Of a DNA stretch of 23,484 nucleotides, positions 8,839 to 17,557 are shown piece by piece. The stretch is from NCBI GenBank assembly GCA_002763225.1, contig PFAI01000051.1, positions 1-23,484 on the forward strand, read 5' to 3'. This DNA is from Candidatus Diapherotrites archaeon CG10_big_fil_rev_8_21_14_0_10_31_34 (GTDB lineage: Archaea; Iainarchaeota; Iainarchaeia; Iainarchaeales; 1-14-0-10-31-34). A program made the translations under genes and the position numbers. Each line of letters starts with the position of its first letter. Within the stretch, counting starts at the first letter, position 1. The notes below the pieces were generated by a model. It saw nothing but the letters and a program-made list of their open reading frames with translations. It made no database searches and was not told the DNA's origin.

Positions 8839-10239
8839 TCAAATTTTTTTCCATCTGACACCGTCTTTTGAATCAATTAATTCAATTCCATTGCTTTTCA
8901 GTTTATCCCTGATTTCATCTGATTTCTTCCAGTTTTTTTCTTTTCTGGCCTGCTCTCTTTCTTCAATTAAATCCATTAAATCTTTGCCTAATTTTTCTTC
9001 TTTAAAATCCATTACTCCTAAAACAGAATCAAATTCTTTCATTAAAGAAACAACTTTTTCAGAATCCTGTTTTGAAAGCTTTTCTTCATCAATCAGTTTA
9101 TTGACGTGTTTCATAAAATCATTCAAAAAAGTTAAAGCTAAACTAATATTCAAATCATCATCTAATGCTTTAATAAAATTTTCTTTAGCTGAAGAAATAA
9201 AAGAATCAATTTCTTTTTCTCCTTTAATTTTTTCTTTTTTTATTTCATTTAACTTTGAAACAAATTCATTGAATTTTTCCACTTTTTTTTCTGCTTCCTG
9301 AACTGTTTTTTCAGAGAAATTTAATTCGCTTCTATAATGAGTTGACAATAAAACAAAACGAATTGCTTTAGGAGAAAAGCTTTTTGAAATTAAATCTCGT
9401 AAAGTGTAAAAATTGCCTAAAGACTTGGACATTTTTTCTCCATTAACAATTAAATGACTGCAATGAAGCCAGTAATTAACAAATTTTTTTCCTGTTGCGC
9501 CCTCTGACTGGGCTATTTCATTTTCATGATGAGGAAACTTGTTGTCAATTCCTCCGGTATGAATATCAAAAGAGTTTCCTAAATACTTTATGCTCATAGC
9601 AGAACATTCAATATGCCAGCCAGGCCTTCCTTTGCCTAATTCTGTTTCCCAAAAAACTTTTCCGTCTTCAGCTGAATAAGCTTTCCATAAAGCAAAATCT
9701 CTTGGATTCTCTTTCTCGTATTCGTCCTGGCAGACTCTGGCACCTGACTTTAATTCATCTAATTTGAATCCTGAAAGCTTGCCGTAATCCTTGAATTTCT
9801 TTATTGAAAAATAAATGCTGTTATCTTCTCCTTTGTAAGCCAGGCCTTTCTTTAATAATTTTTTTATTAATTCAATCATTTCAGGAATAGTTTTTGTTGC
9901 TTCAGGATAAAACTCTGCTTTCTCTAAATTCAGTATTTTAATATCATCAAAAAAAGCTTTCTTGAATTTTTCAGTGAACTTATCTAAAGAAATGTTTTCT
10001 TTTTTTGCACCCTTAATTGTCTTGTCATCTACGTCAGTTAAATTCATTACCTGAATTACTTTAAATCCCCTGAATTTCAGGTAACGCCTTAACAAGTCTT
10101 CAAAAATATATGCCCTAAAATTTCCTATGTGAGCAAAATCATATACTGTTGGACCGCAAGTATACATTTTCACTGAATTCTTTTTTAACGGCTTGAATTC
10201 CTGTTTTTTTCTGGCCAGAGAATTATAAAATTTAATCAT
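8839..10239 (-). CDS. cysS: Cysteine--tRNA ligase
   Basis: MYTCGPTVY, HIGN, DFALWK, GRPGWHIECSAM, DIHTGG.D..FPHHENE, KMSKS. Confidence 0.98.
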   Translation of the reverse strand: MIKFYNSLARKKQEFKPLKKNSVKMYTCGPTVYDFAHIGNFRAYIFEDLLRRYLKFRGFKVIQVMNLTDVDDKTIKGAKKENISLDKFTEKFKKAFFDDIKILNLEKAEFYPEATKTIPEMIELIKKLLKKGLAYKGEDNSIYFSIKKFKDYGKLSGFKLDELKSGARVCQDEYEKENPRDFALWKAYSAEDGKVFWETELGKGRPGWHIECSAMSIKYLGNSFDIHTGGIDNKFPHHENEIAQSEGATGKKFVNYWLHCSHLIVNGEKMSKSLGNFYTLRDLISKSFSPKAIRFVLLSTHYRSELNFSEKTVQEAEKKVEKFNEFVSKLNEIKKEKIKGEKEIDSFISSAKENFIKALDDDLNISLALTFLNDFMKHVNKLIDEEKLSKQDSEKVVSLMKEFDSVLGVMDFKEEKLGKDLMDLIEEREQARKEKNWKKSDEIRDKLKSNGIELIDSKDGVRWKKI

Positions 10240-10305
10240 ACTCAAAATAATTTAAAGTAAAAAGTATATTAAGGTAATTGAATAAAGAAAAAAGTAATTT
10301 GACTT

Positions 10306-10707
10306 TTATTTTAAAGAATTAAATCTTATTTTAGGTTTTTTTGGCAAAGATAACTGTTTTTCATCAGCCAAACCAATGTGGTTGTAATAAGAATTTGATT
10401 TTTTTTCTCTGAAAAAATAACCTTTATCTAACTCTTTTTTTTCTTTATTTAAAGTCATTCCTTTATTTAAAGTCATTTCTCCGTTTAACTCAAATTGGTT
10501 TTCTGTTAAATCAATACTGGTTTCTTTTTTTATTCCGGGAAGTTCAACAGTAATTTTCAGCTTGTTTCCTTTATCTTTTACATCAAGCAAAGGAATTCTT
10601 GCATCAAAATCCATTTCAGGAAAAGAAGGAAAAGAATCAAAAAACCCTGAAAGGTTTTCCTGTTTCCTCATTTTTTTAAACGGATCCCAAATATCAAGTT
10701 CATCCAT
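10306..10707 (-). CDS. Hsp20/alpha-crystallin small heat-shock protein, degenerate C-terminal half (possible pseudogene)
   Basis: WDPF, P.LDV.D, ITVELPGIKK and Y..RE motifs, SD GGAGG upstream. Carries an internal duplication and lacks the A-x-(Y/F)-x-NGVL segment before LPK. Confidence 0.75.
   Translation of the reverse strand: MDELDIWDPFKKMRKQENLSGFFDSFPSFPEMDFDARIPLLDVKDKGNKLKITVELPGIKKETSIDLTENQFELNGEMTLNKGMTLNKEKKELDKGYFFREKKSNSYYNHIGLADEKQLSLPKKPKIRFNSLK
10443..10477. repeat. 17-bp direct repeat, 18-bp period, within the hsp20 gene
   Basis: ctttatttaaagtcatt at 10443-10459 and 10461-10477, encoding MTLNKG/MTLNKE. Confidence 0.9.
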
Positions 10708-10757
10708 TAAACCGCCTCCAAAAAAAGGTTTTTCATTAATAATAAAATAAAAAAAAT

Positions 10758-11387
10758 TTAAAATCCTATTATTTTCATAAAAATTAAATCCAATACAAGA
10801 AAACAGATTAAAGCAATTGAATGAACTAAAATATTTGAATTAACATGCTTTGAAATAATTTTATAATACACTAAAACTGATAAAACGGCAAAAATAACTG
10901 TAAGCAAAACTATTGCACTTACTATAGGAACAGCTGAAAGAAATGCATCTGAATCCATTGCAACAGAAATATTGTCAGCTGATTCACTTAAAGTTACTGC
11001 ACCGGTCTGAAATTCTTTTACTGAAGAAAAAATTTCTCCTGGCAGAATAATTGGAATCAACAAAAACAAAAAAACTGCTGCCGCCCCTAAAAGCCTTGTT
11101 AAAGAAACAGCTGAAGCAATTCCATAAAATTCTGTTCTAACGCTTTTTCTTGCAAACAAAGTAATAATTAAAACAATCAAAATTGAAGCAATAATCCATG
11201 CTAATACAGCTAACAACAAATTAAATATTTCAAGAAAAAAATCAATGTTTAATCCATAAATCAGCAAGCCTAAAACTGAAAGAATTCCTGGAAGCAAAAC
11301 AAAAAACACTGCTTTAGCAAGGTTAGGATTTTCAAGATAATGTTTTACTACTGTTCCAGGCTGATAAAAAATATTTAATGGATTCAT
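10758..11387 (-). CDS. YIP1-like multi-pass membrane protein
   Basis: N-terminal IFYQP..V motif followed by about five hydrophobic helices. Confidence 0.6.
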   Translation of the reverse strand: MNPLNIFYQPGTVVKHYLENPNLAKAVFFVLLPGILSVLGLLIYGLNIDFFLEIFNLLLAVLAWIIASILIVLIITLFARKSVRTEFYGIASAVSLTRLLGAAAVFLFLLIPIILPGEIFSSVKEFQTGAVTLSESADNISVAMDSDAFLSAVPIVSAIVLLTVIFAVLSVLVYYKIISKHVNSNILVHSIALICFLVLDLIFMKIIGF

Positions 11388-11423
11388 TTGATCACTAAAA
11401 TATTGTTTTCTTTATTTATAAAA

Positions 11424-12398
11424 CTAACCTTTAAACACTTTTCTTACCGGATCCAGAATTCCATCTAACTCTTTTGCAAGAGAATTCTTTAAATCCATTG
11501 GATGAAGTTTTTTTTCATTAAAAGCTTTTTCCAGTTCAGCAAAAGAATTGAATTGAATGTTTCCGCCAAATTTTTCAGGTCTCTTAACTTCCAAAAATTT
11601 AATTTTGGGAAAAACAATTAATTTCATAATCTGCATTAAAGCATTATTTGAATCTCCTTCAATGCAATAAGCTTTATTTATTTTCTTTTTTATTTCGGTT
11701 TCAGTGTCCCTGACAGAAATCAAATTAGTTGAATCACTTGAACTCATTTTGGTTCCGGGTTTTTGCATTGAATCAATTAAAGGAGTATGAACAAAACAAG
11801 ATTTCTTGTAATTAATTTTTCCCAGAATTTCTCTTGCAAGCATATGAATTTTTCTTTGCTCTACTCCTGACTGGGCTACATCAATTTTCAAATGCTTAAT
11901 GTCATTAATCTGCATTAAAGGATAAATTGACTGAGAAACAGTTGCATTATCAATGTCTCTTGCAACTTCCTGCATTGCTCTTAAGCCTCGGTTAATTGTA
12001 GTGTTTAAAGACAAAACAAACAAGTCTTCAATGTAATCCTGATTTTTCTGGAAAGAACTTCCTAAAATAAATTCCGGTTCTTTAATGCCTAATTTAGAAA
12101 AAACTTTTTTCCATAATTTAACATTTTCAATTATTTCTTCTTCTGTTCCTTTTTTGTTTAAAAAAGCATGCCAGTCAGCCAGCAAAATTTTTACTTTAAA
12201 ACCTGTTTTCTCCATCTGACTTAATTTGATTGCAGTAACCATATGACCTAAATGAACTTCTCCTGAAGGCTCGTAACCACAATAAGTTATTGGATGCTTT
12301 TTTTCTTTTAATAACTCAAGAATTTCTTCTTGGGTAATTAATTCAACAGTGTTTTCTTCAATTAACTGTATTTTCTGCATTAAATCCATTTCAACCAC
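11424..12398 (-). CDS. tyrS: Tyrosine--tRNA ligase (archaeal/eukaryal type)
   Basis: YCGYEPSG.VHLGH, LLADWHA.LN.K, IYPLMQ..D, EQRKIHMLARE, KMSSS, LHPMDLK. Start is GTG 12398 or ATG 12389. Confidence 0.97.
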   Translation of the reverse strand: MVEMDLMQKIQLIEENTVELITQEEILELLKEKKHPITYCGYEPSGEVHLGHMVTAIKLSQMEKTGFKVKILLADWHAFLNKKGTEEEIIENVKLWKKVFSKLGIKEPEFILGSSFQKNQDYIEDLFVLSLNTTINRGLRAMQEVARDIDNATVSQSIYPLMQINDIKHLKIDVAQSGVEQRKIHMLAREILGKINYKKSCFVHTPLIDSMQKPGTKMSSSDSTNLISVRDTETEIKKKINKAYCIEGDSNNALMQIMKLIVFPKIKFLEVKRPEKFGGNIQFNSFAELEKAFNEKKLHPMDLKNSLAKELDGILDPVRKVFKG

Positions 12399-12448
12399 TT
12401 TTTTTCCATGTATTCTATTTATAGTTAATTGATTATTATTTTATTTGT

Positions 12449-12874
12449 ATGGTTAAGAAAGTAATGGCTTTTGGAACATTTGATGGAATACATCCAGGGC
12501 ATATTTATTATTTAGAACAAGCCAAAAAATTCGGAGAATTAACTGTGGTCATTGCAAGGGATGAAACTGTAAAAAAAGTGAAAGGAAGAAAAACTTTATT
12601 TAAAGAAAAAGAAAGAAAAAAAATGATTGAAAGCCTGAAAGCAGTGGATAAAACTGTTTTTGGAGCAAAAAAAGAAAGCAAATTTGAAATCCTCAAAAAA
12701 TTTAAGCCAGAAATAATTGTTTTAGGCTATGACCAAAAACCATCAAAAAAAGAACTGGAAAAAGAACTAAAAAAAATGAATTTAAAAGCTGAAATAAAAA
12801 GAGTTAAAGCATTAAATTCAAAAAGATTTAAATCATCAAAATTAAAGAAAAAAATAATTGAATTGATAAGTTGA
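12449..12874 (+). CDS. ribL: Archaeal FAD synthase (FMN adenylyltransferase), cytidylyltransferase family
   Basis: VMAFGTFDGIHPGH, VVIARD, E.ER...ESLK.VD, P.IIVLGYDQ, KSSK. Confidence 0.8.
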   Translation: MVKKVMAFGTFDGIHPGHIYYLEQAKKFGELTVVIARDETVKKVKGRKTLFKEKERKKMIESLKAVDKTVFGAKKESKFEILKKFKPEIIVLGYDQKPSKKELEKELKKMNLKAEIKRVKALNSKRFKSSKLKKKIIELIS

Positions 12875-12924
12875 ATTAGTTCTTTGAATTATTTTAATTA
12901 GTTAATCTGCTTTCTTTATTCTGG

Positions 12925-12978
12925 TTATTGGTTTGATTTTATTATTTGATTTTATTATTTGATTTTATTGGTTTGATT
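12925..12978. repeat. Four tandem copies of a 13-14 bp unit
   Basis: ttattggtttgatt / ttattatttgatt / ttattatttgatt / ttattggtttgatt. The rightmost copy is the 3' end and stop of the zinc-ribbon gene. Confidence 0.85.
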
Positions 12979-13220
12979 TCTCTTTCAATTGTTTTCTGTA
13001 TTCAATTAATTTTTCCGGAGTGGCTTCCATTACAAAACCATAAAAACCGCAGTCAACACAACGCATCTGAGGAGACAAAGCAACCGCATCTTTTCCCATT
13101 CCATAAATTTTTGGTTTCACATTAGTTGAACCGCAGTCAGGACAAAAAGTTAAATACTGTTTTTTTTTCCTGTGAAGCTTTTTTTACTGCTCTGTCAAAC
13201 AAATCCAGATTTTCTTCCAC
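12965..13220 (-). CDS. Small zinc-ribbon protein (CPDCG...CVDCG), frame interrupted at an A9 run
   Basis: Not in the ORF track. GTG at 13220 (AAGGT upstream) reads MEENLDLFDRAVKKASQEKK. The +1 frame continues QYLTFCPDCGSTNVKPKIYGMGKDAVALSPQMRCVDCGFYGFVMEATPEKLIEYRKQLKEKSNQ-stop. Span is 256 nt (3n+1). Confidence 0.75.
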
Positions 13221-13268
13221 AAAATTACCTTTTAATTTATTCCTTAACTTATTCCCTCAAATTATCCC

Positions 13269-14099
13269 TCAATTTTTTTCCTTTAATTTTTTTTCTAAAT
13301 ACTTGACTATTTCTAAAGCAACATTAATTTTAGTGGATTCCTCAAAAGCACGGAACTGAGGAGAACGATTGGTTTCCAAAACAAACCATTTTTTATTGAA
13401 TAAAGCTAAATCAACTCCGGAAATTTCCAAATGAGATGCCTTACAGGCTTTAACTGCAATGTCAGAAATTTGTTTAGTTAACTTGAATTCAACTGCTTTT
13501 GCTTCCTGAGCAATGTTTTTAATCCAGTGCTGGGATTCTTTTTCAAAGCCTCCTATTACTTTTCCTCCGACAACCATTACTCTAATTTCTTTTTCAAATT
13601 GAATGAATTCCTGAACCAAAAAAAGTTCTTTGTTGGTTGTATTTAAAGAAGACAAAAAACCATGGATTTCAGAAAAAGCTATTCTTCTGATTCCTTCTCC
13701 TCTTTTTCCTTCCAAAGGCTTTAAAACAAGAAAATCCGAATCAGAAAAAGGAAGAGAATAAACTGTTTTTTCATTTAACAAAAAAGTTTTCGGAATATTC
13801 AGTCCTGCTTTAAGAAAAGCAGCGTAATTAGTGAATTTGTTTCTTCCAGCCATAAAAACAAGTTTTTCATCAACAATTTTTGTTCCGGCAGAAAAAAAAC
13901 TTAACGCTAAAGCTCTTCCTTGTAATCCTTCATTTTTTAAAACCCTGAATAAAACTACATCAAATTTTTTTTGTGAGGGAAGCTCTGCCTGAAAGTTTTC
14001 AGGAGAAATAACTGTCACAAAATGCTTTCTTTTTTCTGCTTCTGATTTAATTCTTTCAACTTCAAATTGTTGTTCTGTTGAAACAATCCCTAATTTCAT
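13269..14099 (-). CDS. RimK/LysX-family ATP-grasp ligase (catalytic motifs intact)
   Basis: NK, IPKT, LVLKPLEGKRGEGI, VQEFI, EIRVMVVGG, WIKNIAQ, GVDL, VLETNRSPQF. Confidence 0.9.
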   Translation of the reverse strand: MKLGIVSTEQQFEVERIKSEAEKRKHFVTVISPENFQAELPSQKKFDVVLFRVLKNEGLQGRALALSFFSAGTKIVDEKLVFMAGRNKFTNYAAFLKAGLNIPKTFLLNEKTVYSLPFSDSDFLVLKPLEGKRGEGIRRIAFSEIHGFLSSLNTTNKELFLVQEFIQFEKEIRVMVVGGKVIGGFEKESQHWIKNIAQEAKAVEFKLTKQISDIAVKACKASHLEISGVDLALFNKKWFVLETNRSPQFRAFEESTKINVALEIVKYLEKKLKEKN

Positions 14100-14100
14100 T

Positions 14101-14988
14101 TCAAAACCTGTTTTTTGCCTTAATTTCTTTTACATGATTGTAAATGTATTTCATTAAAATATTAGCAAACTTGTTTTTAAAAAAATCCGGCATTATTCCT
14201 GGTGCAAAATTCACTTCAATTAACTTGTATTTTCCGTCTACTTCCATAAAATCCACTGCACAAACTCCTAAACCCAAAATTGCCGCAGCCTTAACTGCAT
14301 CTTCTTTCATTGCAGAACTTAATTCAATTAACTCGGCTTTTCCGCCCTGAGAAACATTAGTTCTCCATTCCCCTTCTTTTGGAATTCTTTTAATCCCAAA
14401 AACTTCTTCTCCGAAAACCATGCAGCGAATATCATAATTAGCTGATTTAACAAACTCTTGAGTTGAAATAAATTCCTTGAATAATTTTAATGTATCCAAC
14501 ACAGGCCTGAATTCACTTTCAGAATTAGCAATCATTACTCCTCTTCCGCCAAAGCCCGACAAAAGCTTAATTACAACAGGGTAACCAATTTTATGGCTCA
14601 TATCAATTGCAGTCTGCGGAGAAACAGCTAAAGAAGAAATTGGAACAGGAATATTTTCTCTTGACAAAACTTTTACAGTAAAATACTTGTGGTTAGTTAT
14701 CTGAAAGGCTTCTGGAGTCAAAGGAGTAAAAACATCTGACTGATTTAAAATATCTAACACAATTTCTCCAAACATTAAGTCCTTAGAAAAAAATCTTGCA
14801 TAACAGGCATCAAAAGAAGTTAAATCAGTGCCTCTGAACAATAACCTGTTTTTTCCATTAACACATTCAACTTTGATTTTTTGCAGAGGAGCATATAAAA
14901 CAGTATCAAAAAATTTATGAGCTTCCTCTAAAATCATTTGCTTTACTTCCTGCCTTTCATTGCTTCCTCCAATATACAAAAATTTCAT
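14101..14988 (-). CDS. RimK-family ATP-grasp (alpha-L-glutamate ligase-like) protein, catalytic motifs intact
   Basis: HK, IPVP, YPVVIKLLSGFGGRGV, QEFV, DIRCMV, WRTNVSQGG, AVD, LIEVNFAPG. ATG 14988 is preceded by SD-like GTGAT (alternative start GTG 14997). Confidence 0.92.
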   Translation of the reverse strand: MKFLYIGGSNERQEVKQMILEEAHKFFDTVLYAPLQKIKVECVNGKNRLLFRGTDLTSFDACYARFFSKDLMFGEIVLDILNQSDVFTPLTPEAFQITNHKYFTVKVLSRENIPVPISSLAVSPQTAIDMSHKIGYPVVIKLLSGFGGRGVMIANSESEFRPVLDTLKLFKEFISTQEFVKSANYDIRCMVFGEEVFGIKRIPKEGEWRTNVSQGGKAELIELSSAMKEDAVKAAAILGLGVCAVDFMEVDGKYKLIEVNFAPGIMPDFFKNKFANILMKYIYNHVKEIKAKNRF

Positions 14989-14989
14989 T

Positions 14990-15850
14990 TCAATCACTTT
15001 TCTTTATTTTACTTAAATAAAATTCTGCTGTAGCTTCAAACAAATTCTTTCCAAGAATTTCCTGAAAAAACATAAAATCAACTGAAGATTTAACACTCAC
15101 AATGTTTCCCTGAATTGATTTAATCACAGCAATATCCAATCCAATAGTATTTTTTGCTTTAATTATGTCTGATTGTTCTTTTTCACTTAAAGTAATACCA
15201 GATCCTTTTTTAACATACTCAAATTTTTCTTTATTCCAAGGTCTTCTGACAGTAAAAACCTGTTCCCCTATAATTGCACTAACATCCAAATCTTTTTCAA
15301 AAAAGTCCTGCAATAAAAGAGTATCAAAATCAGATTTAATACTTTTAACAATTGAAAGCAAAGACTTTTCGGATTCAACCAAGACATCCTGAATTTTTTT
15401 GTATCCGTCAAATACCTGAAGAATCAAAGGAAAAGAAAATTCTTTTAAAGAAGCATTAATAAAAGAACTTGAACCAAAAATATTTGTATCAGGTGTTTTA
15501 ATTTTATGAGCATTTAAAGTAGTAATCTGAAAAGCCTTGCTTGAAAGAATAGAAAAAGAATCAGGTTTTACCTGACAATAAATTCCTTTCTGAGAAAATT
15601 CATCCAATAAAGGTTCAACAAACTGAGTAAACTGAACTCCTACATCCAAAAAACATGAATCAAATTCATCTAATTTCAGGCCACCAAAAATCAAAGTAGT
15701 TTGTTTTCCTTCAGTTAACAAACCTAATTCACTTATATCAATTGCTTCAACTGAAATGTTTTTTTTGTTAAATGCTTCTTTTAACTGAGCAATATACTGA
15801 TTGCCTTTTTCATGAATAAATAATGTTTTCATAATAACTTCCTTAATCAT
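14990..15850 (-). CDS. Degenerate RimK-like ATP-grasp protein (probable pseudo-enzyme)
   Basis: RimK length and layout (SK..Q...L...IKTPDT, FPLIL, LLQDF, D.SAIIG, GLDIAV), but the catalytic K, glycine loop, DIR Arg, VD and EVN motifs are substituted. Start is 15850 or 15832. Confidence 0.75.
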   Translation of the reverse strand: MIKEVIMKTLFIHEKGNQYIAQLKEAFNKKNISVEAIDISELGLLTEGKQTTLIFGGLKLDEFDSCFLDVGVQFTQFVEPLLDEFSQKGIYCQVKPDSFSILSSKAFQITTLNAHKIKTPDTNIFGSSSFINASLKEFSFPLILQVFDGYKKIQDVLVESEKSLLSIVKSIKSDFDTLLLQDFFEKDLDVSAIIGEQVFTVRRPWNKEKFEYVKKGSGITLSEKEQSDIIKAKNTIGLDIAVIKSIQGNIVSVKSSVDFMFFQEILGKNLFEATAEFYLSKIKKSD

Positions 15851-17405
15851 TTACTGCTTCAGGATCAATTTTCTTTTTTTCTGCTTTATTTTTTTGATCA
15901 GATTTTAATTGTTTTTCCGGCGCCCAGACTTTTTTTATTTTTGTTTCAGGATCCTTGGAAATTTCATTAAAAACAAATTCTGAAAGCAAATCAGTTACAA
16001 CAGATTTTCTTCTAATAAGTTTATGCACATATCTTTCAAAAGACTTTGAAAGGTTTTTATAAGAAGCAACATTAGCATAAATTAAGCCTTCCTGTAAACG
16101 CCAGAAAGCAGGAGTTCCTTTTTTTGCAAAAATCAAGTAACCTCTTTTTTTGTCTGTCTCGCTCATTGCTTCATCCAGTAAACGATAATCAACCATATAA
16201 ACTCCTGCAGTCTGAGGAGAAGGATCCATAATAATTATTTCGTCTCCTTCAACTCCAACGCATAAAACAAAATGCCCTGACCTTGATTTTTTTGAAGGAA
16301 ACAAAACAGGTTTTTTATACCACAATAAAAGCATTGCACTGTCAGCAACCCATGACTTAACTTCATCTTTTAAATTATAAATCTGGTTGTATCTCACTAA
16401 CTGTCCTTTAAGCAGGCCATTAGAAAGTTTTTCAACTGAATTAATTAAATCCAATGGTTTTGTTCCGCCAGGAGAAGAAGTTTTAGCTAATTTTCCAATT
16501 TCCTGCTGAGAAAAATTATAACCAAAAAAAGACATCATCATTGAAGCAGAAGCAGGTCCGCAAAAATAATTCAGCTGAGGAATAAATTTGGTTCTGATTG
16601 CTTCAAGTTTAGAGATATCACTTCTCGCTCGCTTAATATAAAACTCTTTTTTCAAAAATTCTTTGTTTGGAATAACCATGTTATATCCTGAAGGCAGTCT
16701 AAGCATTACTCCATGAATGTCTACTCCAATTATTTCTCCTGTTTCTTCTCCAATTTTAATCTGCTGTCCTGGCTTAACTAAATTTCTTTCAATATAAATG
16801 CTTGAAAAAAAGTTTTCAAAAATTTCTTTGAATCCAAAGAAAATAAATGCAAGAACCAAAATGATTACTGCAGTAACCAGAGTGTTAAAGAAACTGCTGA
16901 ACAAACCAATATCAATTCCAACAGAAGAAAAAGAAATCATTAAAACAATCAATAAAAGAAAAATTTTTACTACAAAAAAAAACGAAGAAATAATCGGCTT
17001 TGAAATGCCAAACTCTTCTAAATAAGAATCTGAACCAAACCTTGAAAACAAAAAGCTTACTGCATCAACAATTAAAGTTACCAGAATATATCCTAAAACA
17101 AAAACCAAAAAGAAAATTACTACTGAAGGAAGCAAAGCCATTACTTTTGAAACCAAAACAGACGCAACAGAAATTTTTAACACACTTAAAGCAATAATTA
17201 AAGAAACAACAAAAACAAATAATTCAATTGACTTTGCAACAGAATCAATTGTAAGATAACTTGTTTTTTGTTTTCTTAAAACAAACTCCAAAATTTTTCC
17301 AACAATTTTGGCTAAAATTAATCCTAACAAAATCACTGCAATTGCCTGAGCAACATTGCTGAATAAAACTTCTTCCAGCAAAATATTTCCTAAAGTTTCA
17401 GCCAT
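15843..17405 (-). CDS. MscS-like mechanosensitive channel (TM helices plus beta-domain) fused to a C-terminal C39/papain-like cysteine peptidase
   Basis: N-terminal ~200 aa of TM helices. FGFKEIFENFFSSIYI and KPGQQIKIGEETGEI..VD.....L....G..MVIPN match the MscS pore helix and beta-domain. Then PQLNYFCGPASASM (Cys282), SQ.EI, GT, GHFVLCVG (His378) and IMDP (Asp394). Confidence 0.88.
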   Translation of the reverse strand: MAETLGNILLEEVLFSNVAQAIAVILLGLILAKIVGKILEFVLRKQKTSYLTIDSVAKSIELFVFVVSLIIALSVLKISVASVLVSKVMALLPSVVIFFLVFVLGYILVTLIVDAVSFLFSRFGSDSYLEEFGISKPIISSFFFVVKIFLLLIVLMISFSSVGIDIGLFSSFFNTLVTAVIILVLAFIFFGFKEIFENFFSSIYIERNLVKPGQQIKIGEETGEIIGVDIHGVMLRLPSGYNMVIPNKEFLKKEFYIKRARSDISKLEAIRTKFIPQLNYFCGPASASMMMSFFGYNFSQQEIGKLAKTSSPGGTKPLDLINSVEKLSNGLLKGQLVRYNQIYNLKDEVKSWVADSAMLLLWYKKPVLFPSKKSRSGHFVLCVGVEGDEIIIMDPSPQTAGVYMVDYRLLDEAMSETDKKRGYLIFAKKGTPAFWRLQEGLIYANVASYKNLSKSFERYVHKLIRRKSVVTDLLSEFVFNEISKDPETKIKKVWAPEKQLKSDQKNKAEKKKIDPEAVND

Positions 17406-17557
17406 TCAAATCCCTTTCAGTATAATAAAAGACATTTAAAGAGTTTAAATAGATTGCCTTAAAAAGAAGGTTTTTATAAGGGAAAAAACACTAAAAAAAA
17501 TTAAAAAAAGTAATTCAAGAAAAAAGAAATAAAAACATAACAGGGATTTAATTGTAT

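Noticed and set aside
12925..12978. Possible mini CRISPR array (also considered for 21972-22102)
   Set aside because: Units are 13-15 bp, contiguous or irregularly spaced, with no unique ~30-40 bp spacers and no cas genes.
12965..15850. LysW/LysX/ArgX lysine-arginine biosynthesis assignment
   Set aside because: The Zn-ribbon protein ends KSNQ rather than EDWGE, and no lysY/Z/J/K-like genes are present.
15843..16600. Phytochelatin synthase call for the papain-like domain (suggested by GCS2 and ATP-grasp neighbours)
   Set aside because: Q-x4-CG and GHF are shared, but the HFVLCVG...MDP pattern fits C39-like peptidases better than the PCS GHFSP...LDVAR pattern.
13269..17557. Graspetide (microviridin-like) RiPP cluster
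   Set aside because: I found no precursor peptide with a leader and repeated T/S/K-D/E cores, and the ligases carry RimK-type motifs. Not excluded, but unsupported here.
17406..17557. TATA-like boxes in the divergent intergenic region (tttaaata, ttttataa)
   Set aside because: Plausible promoters, but not distinguishable from background in such AT-rich DNA without transcript data.
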